Source of the DNA: Octopus sinensis
Lineage: Eukaryota
Direction: 5' to 3'
Length of the DNA stretch: 64,000 nucleotides
Assembly (NCBI RefSeq): GCF_006345805.1
Contig: NC_042999.1
Span: 124,868,001 to 124,932,000 of the forward strand
Shown: positions 51,401 to 60,400 of the stretch, piece after piece
Position numbering within the stretch: position 1 is the stretch's first letter
Layout: every line of letters starts with the position of its first letter
Translations under genes and position numbers: made by a program
Notes under the pieces: generated by a model
Database searches by the model: none
The model's input: only the letters and a program-made list of their open reading frames with translations
Told to the model about the DNA's origin: nothing

Positions 51401-54400
51401 TTAATATTTTTTTAATGATGTTTACTTTTATACTGTTTAGTATTATATTGTCTGTTTGTTTTTTTTTTTTAATTTGAGATTTCTTTTTATTCCAGGCCCA
51501 ACTTCCAAGAGGTATTGAAAATATTCGGCCCCATCTTGAAAAAGTGGACAATGTGCCTTTACTTGTAAATCTTTTTACAGATTGTACTCCAGAAAGTTAG
51601 TTATTTTCTTTCACATTCTGCTTTTTCTTCATTACAAACTTTATTTCTTTCAGAATTTTAATTAAAACAAAATATAAAGTTGTTTCAACAGTGAATCTTT
51701 GATTACTGTAAAAACTCATGTAACTTGTGCACCTGTGCAATTTACACAGGTGATTTTCAGGATGAAAATTGTTAAAAAAAGCTTCTATTTGTGTAAAATT
51801 CGCACCAAAAAGTTTTCAGAATTGCTAATATGGCCAGGGAAAAAAGGTTTTCAATTTAGTTGTATTTAGCATAATTTCACTTACTTATGATTAAATTTTA
51901 TTAAATTTTCATTAAATAAAAATAATTTCTGTTTCACAAGTATCCCATTGAAAACTATTAGATTACGAAGTGTTTCTGTTGTTTATAATAAACTTTATTT
52001 TACATTTCTTGCCCACAAGAGATTATGTCCGATCTGTAGCATACTTCTGTATGTCTTCTCAAATCATGATCACAGGAAAATTTGTTGATAATTCTTATCA
52101 AAAAAACAAAGTTGATAAATGTGCACAAGTGTTGCAAAATAAGTTTAATTACCAATAAACATCAGCTTGGATGACACTTTACTCAGCCAACAGAGGAAGG
52201 TGACCGATCAAACTGATTATGAAAACAGAATTCTGATTGGTCAAAATGACTTCTTGTCTCAAGCTCTGATTTTCTGCCTATTCTTGTCAAAACCTTTGAT
52301 ACAGAGTATCGAAATTTTAATCCCTTTCACACTTATAAAATGTTAAGCAAACTTTAAAATTTTATCATCACCGTTTTAGCCAGGAGACCAAACTGATAGT
52401 TTGGTAACCTGCTAAAATAAACATTAAAAATCGTAAGGAGAAAATAAACAGCTTTGGAAGTTTAACTTGGTGTTTATACTGAACAAGAGGTATGAAATTT
52501 AAGAAGCGACTTGTTAGAATATACACGTCTGTGAGGAGACATAAACAAGAATAGCAAAAATCTACTGTACCAAAAGAAATGATAATACATACATTGCAAG
52601 TGTTCTATGAACAGAACATAAGATTGCTGCATAATTCAACATGAATGTGAAACAACATTAAACATTGTATAAGGTAAATGAAGAGAGCTGATAGTGACGA
52701 TATTGGTGGTGAGCAATTTCATTGTATCATAATGTAGAGAAAGTGAGCAAATAGCTTCCTGGTGCAAACACAAACTAGACTCCCTAAGCAGAGAAAAACT
52801 GATCTATTTAAGAAAATTGCTGGGCTCAATTGCGATAGGTAGAAACTCCAAGCAATGTAAAATATGGCCCACACCATTATTACTAGCATGAACATCAAAC
52901 TTTAAAAAGTAGTTAACCATTTAATGGTTTTAGTAAATTTATACAGAAAAAGTAAGCATTATACTGTCCAGCATAAATAAAGGTCAACTTCATTATACTT
53001 TTTCTGTAAAAACCTATTCTGACATTAAATGAGTCAACTTCCCATTTGAAAGTTTACATTTGTATGTCGTTTTTCTACAAAAAAAATTTCTAAAAAAAAC
53101 TCTGGAAACGATCTACTCATGTAATTTACACCCCACCCCCCACCTAAAGTTTTTTTTTTGTTTTCGCAAAAAAATGTGTGTAAATTATATGGGTTTTTTT
53201 ACGGTAGCCAGTTGGCTCCTTCTTTGCATTCATTTGTCCAATGAGGCTGTCATTCATGAATGCTTATCATAAAAAAAAAAATCAACTAAAAATAAAGGTG
53301 TATTTAGTATTAGTGTAAGATATTGTTTAGTTAATACAGATGATATTTTAACTGATGTGGAGTAAGGATTTTCAGTAAGCTTTTTTTTTTTTTTTCATTT
53401 TTAACATGAAAGACATTTCAGCTTGAATAATCTGAAAGGGTTTTTTTTTTTTTTTTTTTTTTCCCCCCACTTATCAGCCACTAAGGAGATGATTAAAATT
53501 ATGCAGGAGTATGGAGAAGTAGTGTTGTGTGTTGGTAGTTCACTGAATGTCAAAAACACAGGAATTTTTTTGCAAGCTGATTGTGGGTAAGTTTTTTTTT
53601 TGCTTTGTTTTTTTTTTGTATTTTTTTTAGTATTCTTTTTGTTTTGTTTTTACTTTTTGCTTAATTCTATAAATGCAATACTTTAAAAAGGGAAAGTTAT
53701 TAAACATTTGACTCTTTAGCAATTAAACTGGCTCTGGCCAAAATGTTGTTTTCTATTCAATCTGGCTGAAGCCAGCTTCTCACACTTACCCTACCATGTT
53801 ATTCTAAAAATAAACAATCACATCATCAAAATCTTGTAGCTACAAGATATTGCACGATAAATTCAAAACAATGTGAAGAAATAAACATATTTGACAGATT
53901 AATCTGAATGCTAAAAGGTTAAACTCTGCAAAAATTGTAATTAGCTGAATGACCATTCATTACACTAACAGTGTTAGTGTGTATTATACATATATGTAGA
54001 GGGGGAGCAAATATAGATGTATTGTTACTCGTTTCAGCTGAGTGAATTCCATCAGCATGAAAAGAAATAGCACCACTCAGTCCCAGAATTGAACCCATGA
54101 CTTCATGATTGTGAGCTCAACACTCCTAACCACCTTCATTGTATTATCTTTTGCTTATTGGACTAGTATCTTCCAAAACTAGATCAGCTCTTGTGAAACT
54201 TGGGTAGTAACTGTGCATAAGCCCGTTTTGTACATGTCGGTGTGTGTGTTTGTGTGTGTATATATATATATCAGCGCCGCCTCGACTGGCTTCTGTGCCG
54301 GTGGCACATAAAAAGCACCATCCGAACGTGGCCGATGCCAGTGCCGGTGGCATGTTAAAAGCACCAACCAATCGTGGCCGATGCCAGACTACCCTGGCAC

Positions 54401-57400
54401 CTGTGCAGGTGGCACGTATAAAGCACCCACTACACTTGCGGAGTGGTTGGTGTTAGGAAGGGCATCCAGCTGTAGAAACACTGCCAGATCAGACTGGAGC
54501 CCTGGCTTCCCAGACCCCGGTCGAACCATCCAACCCGTGCTAGCGCGGAAAACGGACGTTAGGCGATGATGATGATGATGATAAAAACAATGATAATAAG
54601 GGTTATTACAAGGTGGCATAGTATTCAGAATTATCCAACGTAATATGTCTCTAAATTGTTATGAGAATATTACTGGATTTCTATATTAACTGTTGGATAA
54701 CCTATTTTAAATACCTAACTGTGGGCAAACTGGTAAATATTTGGAGTAATCCCTTACTATTTACACACACACACACACACATATATGATGGGCTTCTTTC
54801 AGTCTCTGCCTATCAAATCCATTCACAAATCTTTAGTCATCCTGAGGCTATAGTAGAAGCCACTTGCCCAAGGTGTCACACAGTGGGACTGAACCTGGAG
54901 CCAGCTTTGTTTCTTCATAACTTTCAGAAAATTGGTATTTTTCCATGAAATTTTCTGCAAACACCTATCAAATTGTGTAGATTATGATTACATCAGAATT
55001 TGATATAAAGGAAAAAAATTGGTGGGATAGCACACATACTGATACACACCACATATATCTACAAAATGACACTTAAAATTTCAAAAAATTGTGATCTGTG
55101 TCAGTATGTATGTGTACATGCTTACCATTTTACTTTCCACATCAGATTCCTATATAATCGTACCTCTGAAAAGTATTTGTAGAAGTCTTCATTTAAGAAT
55201 ACCCACTTTTCCAAAAGTTATGAAGAACAAAGCCAACTTGTGTGAATTTTCTGGAACTTCTCTTCCCTGCCTCAAAATTCCAATATAATTGGAATTTACA
55301 ACAATATAATTGCAATCTACACCATTCCAAAGAGTATTTGTAGAAAATTTCATTAAAAAAATATTCATTTTCTGGAAGTTATGGGGAAACAAAGTAGTTG
55401 GACACATTTATGTATGTATGTCCATTGCTTTAACATAACAAATTCTAAGATTACATAGTTGTTATATATTTACATATCAGCTTGCTTTGCTTGGCTTTAA
55501 TTTTGTGTGTAACAATAATTATCTAACTGCATGTTATATATAAACAAAGAATATACTTCTTTCATGTGGTTTGAATCAAAAGGGTGACAACAATGTGAAT
55601 GAGATGGACTCAGTTTTTCACTACACATAGATATTAATTGGGTAGCAGTATTTACGTTCTAGGGAGAGTCATTATGCCAATATCATTAGATACAAACATG
55701 AGGTTTTTACAATGATAGTATGTTTAGTAACATAGACAAACTAAAATGCATCATTGTGAATGTGTGAATTAATATGAAAATTTATTGACCTTGCCTTACA
55801 ACCATTTTGGATTTGATAAAATAAGAACCAGCTGAGCACTGGGGTCAATGTAATTCACTTACACCCTCACTTGAAATTGCTGGCCTTGTATGTAAAGTAG
55901 AAAGGATTAGTATTATTATTTAGGCGGCAAGCTGGCATCTTTACATTCTGAGTTCCACCATGTCAACTTTGCTTTTCATTCTTTCAGGGTTAATAAATAA
56001 GTACTAGTTGAGCCCTGAGTTTGATGTGGTCAACTTACCTGCTCTCTTGAAACTGCTGGCCCTGTGCCATAATATGAAATCATTATTATCACTATTATCA
56101 TCACTATTATTATTATTATTATTATTCCAGATTGGCTATAGAGCCTCTATATCCACAACTCTGCCGTAATGAGCCTCAAAATGTAGAACTGAAACCAGTC
56201 CACACTCATTTAACCCCTTTACATCTTGCTAGTTCGTTGATGTCCAGCCCTTGTCCATTGCTGTTTAGAAATTATGAAAATATCAGTCTCATCCAACTTA
56301 TTGCTGAGGTAGGAGTTTTCACATTATGACTAAATACTTTAGGATTTAAATTTCAATTCACTTTCTACTATTTGAGTAATAATCTGTTAAACCTGATATT
56401 ATTCTCTCTCCTAAAGGCTCGTAATCATGTTTTATCAATGGGAAACTGCTTCCAATTCATGCTGTGCTGCCACCTGTCTTTGAGTCTTGTACAAGTGATG
56501 GCTACATTGTTCCTTCTACCACCACCAATCAGTGGGCATCAAATTTTGTGGCTCATCTTCATCGTTGTACCACTGCTCAGTCTGGGTCTGATGGGCAATC
56601 CTGTTGACCCTCGTAACATGACTTTAGCCACTGCTAAGAACTGTGATCATATCAACAAACAAGTAAGTGTTTCTTCATTTATTATACTTTCTGATCTGTC
56701 TCTCTTTGTTATATAATCTAAGTGCCATGTCTAACAATATCAGTTTCAAATTTTGGCACAAGGCTTGTAGGTTTGAGAGAGAGGATAAATTGATTAAATC
56801 AACCTCAGTGTTCAACTGGTGCTTGTTTTATCAACTCTGAAAGAGTGAAAGGCAAAGTTGATCCTGGCAGAATTTGAGCTCAACATAAAGACATGAAATG
56901 TCACTATGCATTTTGCCTAGCATGCTAATGATTCTGCCAGCTTGCTGCCTTACCTTGTCTAGTAATATTAGTACAACATAAAATGTGTACATTACATTAT
57001 CTCATCCTGTATTATTGTTAGTCATCCTTCAGGAAGCAGAGCTGCAAATGTGAGATTAACTTCTAGGGAATGTGTGAGCCATGAAAGAGTTGTGATCCAT
57101 ATACCATGCATGTGAATCTTAATAAGAGGAAGGAGTGCCAAATGTGTTTGGTTTTACTTCTGTTGATACACAGAGATGAAAGATAACTTATTAATCCTGG
57201 GTTGGGTTGTTTAGTGTCATCTTCAGATGGAGAACTAGAATGCTGAGATAATTCAATGTAATATACTGTGAAAGAATTGGGTGGAGAGTCTGCAAGTGAA
57301 GTAGAGGTTGATTTATCACAAGTTGAAGGATTACTGCAGATCAGATTCATGCTAGTGGAGTGAGTAGTCATGAGTTTGTTGCTTGATCCCTTAGGAAGGC

Positions 57401-60400
57401 TTATGGGAATGAGCAGCAGAAGAGCCTTCAAGAGCAGTGTAGTAGCTGACAAGAAATCTGATTGGCTCTGAGTAAAAAAAAAAAAAGGTAGGGGACAATG
57501 GTGGGGATTGGTAGAATGTCCTTAGAACATAGACTGAGACTTGAACAATTTTGGTCAGGTTACCTGGATGAGAATGTATTTTGCAAGACCCGAAACACCC
57601 AGTCCTCCAGGATATAATAATGATCTGTCTAAGTATTCCATCTGTAAAAGTATAAAGAACTACACTGTCTTCTGTTTTTTTTTTATATATTATTGTTGTT
57701 GTGTAATCTTAGTTCAGCCCTGATCAAGCAGACCTATGATTGAAAACATTCTATTTGTGACCATTATACATTATTTTTAGAGAATGTATTTAAGACTAAA
57801 TTATCCTTTTTTTTTTTTTTCGTTAAATGATAGTGTGATTTGGTTGCTATATCCAACAAAATGAACAACTACATTGGGGTCCCCTTGTAAGCGTGTTTAT
57901 TTCTTTTATTTTCAAAACACAATTTTTCAAACTCTACCATTTATGTCACTTTTTTATTTGTAGATGCTGCTGCACTTCATGCTGTCCTTCATATTTAGAT
58001 TTGTTCCTCCTGTAACAGTGGCACTCATTAGTTTTGCTTTGATCCTCTACTTTATCTGTGATAGAGTAGAAGGGATTTGTTATCCTTTTGATTTAAACCC
58101 TGAAGAGTAAGTTTCAAATTATCATTTATTAACCCTTTAACTGCAAAATTAAATTTCGTAGTTATTCCAGTAATTATGTTAAATATCTACCAAAAAATAG
58201 AATTGATATTTTCTGCAAGTCATGTTGCTTTAATAAACTTGAGTTTCAAATATGACATTCTTCAACAAAAGATAGATTGGTATATATGATTGCTTTCTGC
58301 AGTTAAGAGTAATGAAATTTTGAGTAGATATATTTGGTTTCTGAAGCAAAAGGGTTAAATACTTCAAAATGTGTATCCTCTAAAAATCAGTATTTGTTTC
58401 CATATCTAACTTTCTATACATTACAAATATTTTATAATGTAATTAATCACTGGAACTATATAAGGATGAAAGACTGGAGCACATTCACTTGTATGTCTGC
58501 TTGTTCAAATAGAAGCACAATGGCTTTGAGATCAAAATACTCAGACAGACAGTAATGTAATTTCAAATTTTGCTACAATCATAGTGTTGTATTTTTAGGC
58601 ATTTAACTTCATAGTCTTCTTTTCTCAATCTATTTCTTGTACAGTTAGTAGCAGAAAGGATATCTTGCTGTAAAATTATTTGCTATAACACATTGCAAAT
58701 ATTGAAATCTGGAAATCAGTACCACCCATGTTAAAACAACAGCAGAGATGTAGTCTAAATTTAATTCTTTGCTTTCTTTTTTGTTTCTTGTGTGTGTGTG
58801 TGTATATATATATGGTCAATTCAAATGAACAAACAATAAAATTAACAAAAATAGACAAGAGGATGTACACTAGGAATATATTAGTTTGACATTCAGTGAA
58901 AAGATATTTTGATATTTCAAGCACATAGCTCTTTGTCAGAAAGGAAAAAGGGAAAAGTTCGAAGACGGAAAAGAAATCGGCAACAGCATGTGTGTAGTTA
59001 TATTGCTGAAGTGTGTGCGTATGTATGTGTGTGTGTGTGTGTGTATATATATACACACACACATATGGGGGAATTGAGGATAAACCTGGGTATAAATTAT
59101 TAGTTCCTACATATGTTTCACCATTGCAATTATTTGGAACTTGACAGTGGATATTGCTATTGCATTCTGTTACGGAGATCTAATATCTGAAGTGAGACAC
59201 ATTACCATGTCCTGACTTCATATATTAGACTTCTAACACATTGCAATAAAGTATATCCCTGATAATCAATTAAAGTTATGCGTCCAAATGCACTTGGAAC
59301 ATCCAGTGTTGAATTTCAAATAATCGCAATGGTGAAACATAGGTAGGAACTAATAATTTATATTTATGTTTATCTTAATCACTACTGTACTGGAAGCTGA
59401 CTGGATAATGATAATCTATGTGGAGCTCTAACTCATACAATAGTAGTCATACATCTAATAGTACATGCAAGATGTGTGTATATGTGTATGAATGCATGAG
59501 AAACTACACTTCATAAGAATTATTTTCTTTAAACTATTTCTTGTCTTTTCTTCTCAGTAAGGCAATCTGGAGTACTTGGTATGAAGAAAACTCCGCAGGT
59601 TTTACAGCTGCTCAGAATATTGTTTTAATTCAGCTGGTGCTTTATTTTGGTAAGTTGATAAAACTTCATTCTCAGGTGTGATTTTATAAAAGATTTTTGA
59701 TGTAGCTTAGTAAAAATATAAATTATATTGGTAAATTTTAGTCAGTTTTTTTTTTTTTTTATATTATCATTCTTAATTTTTCCTATTTCAAATTCTTGAC
59801 ATATTAGGTTTGCTCAACCATAATCAGCACTATCCTGTTACACTGGCCCTTGGCAAACCTATATATGGTTACTTGGTAGAAATAGCTGTCAAGTCTCCCT
59901 CAAATCATCATATTGTTGTAGAAAAAGATACATTGTATAATGTGGTTTTAAGTTTTTGACATGTGGAAAAAAGATGAAGTAGTCATGGCTGGAAAACCTT
60001 GATTATATACATGCTTGGTCAGAGCTGATCTGGAATTAAACTAGTCTCTGACAGCCCTGTATTATGTAGATTCATTTCATGGAACATGCAATTAGAGCAT
60101 ATTTGTTAAACTTTAAATATATATGTAAAATATTATCAATAAATATAACAATTAACCTGTAAACTTTCATTAACCAAAACCTAAAACTTTTTATTTTATA
60201 ATAAAATGAATAATTGGTCACTATATATGCTGCACTCGGTACATTGCTAGTCTTATTGAAATTTATTCCTTCCCATCTCAAATCAAAGCTTTTTACTTTT
60301 ACAGTCTAGATATAAATGAGAGGTCAGTTTAATTTCTACTTTAGCTAATGCTAACTTTCCTTTTTCTGGGGGTCAGTAGATTAAGTACCAATTACATCAT

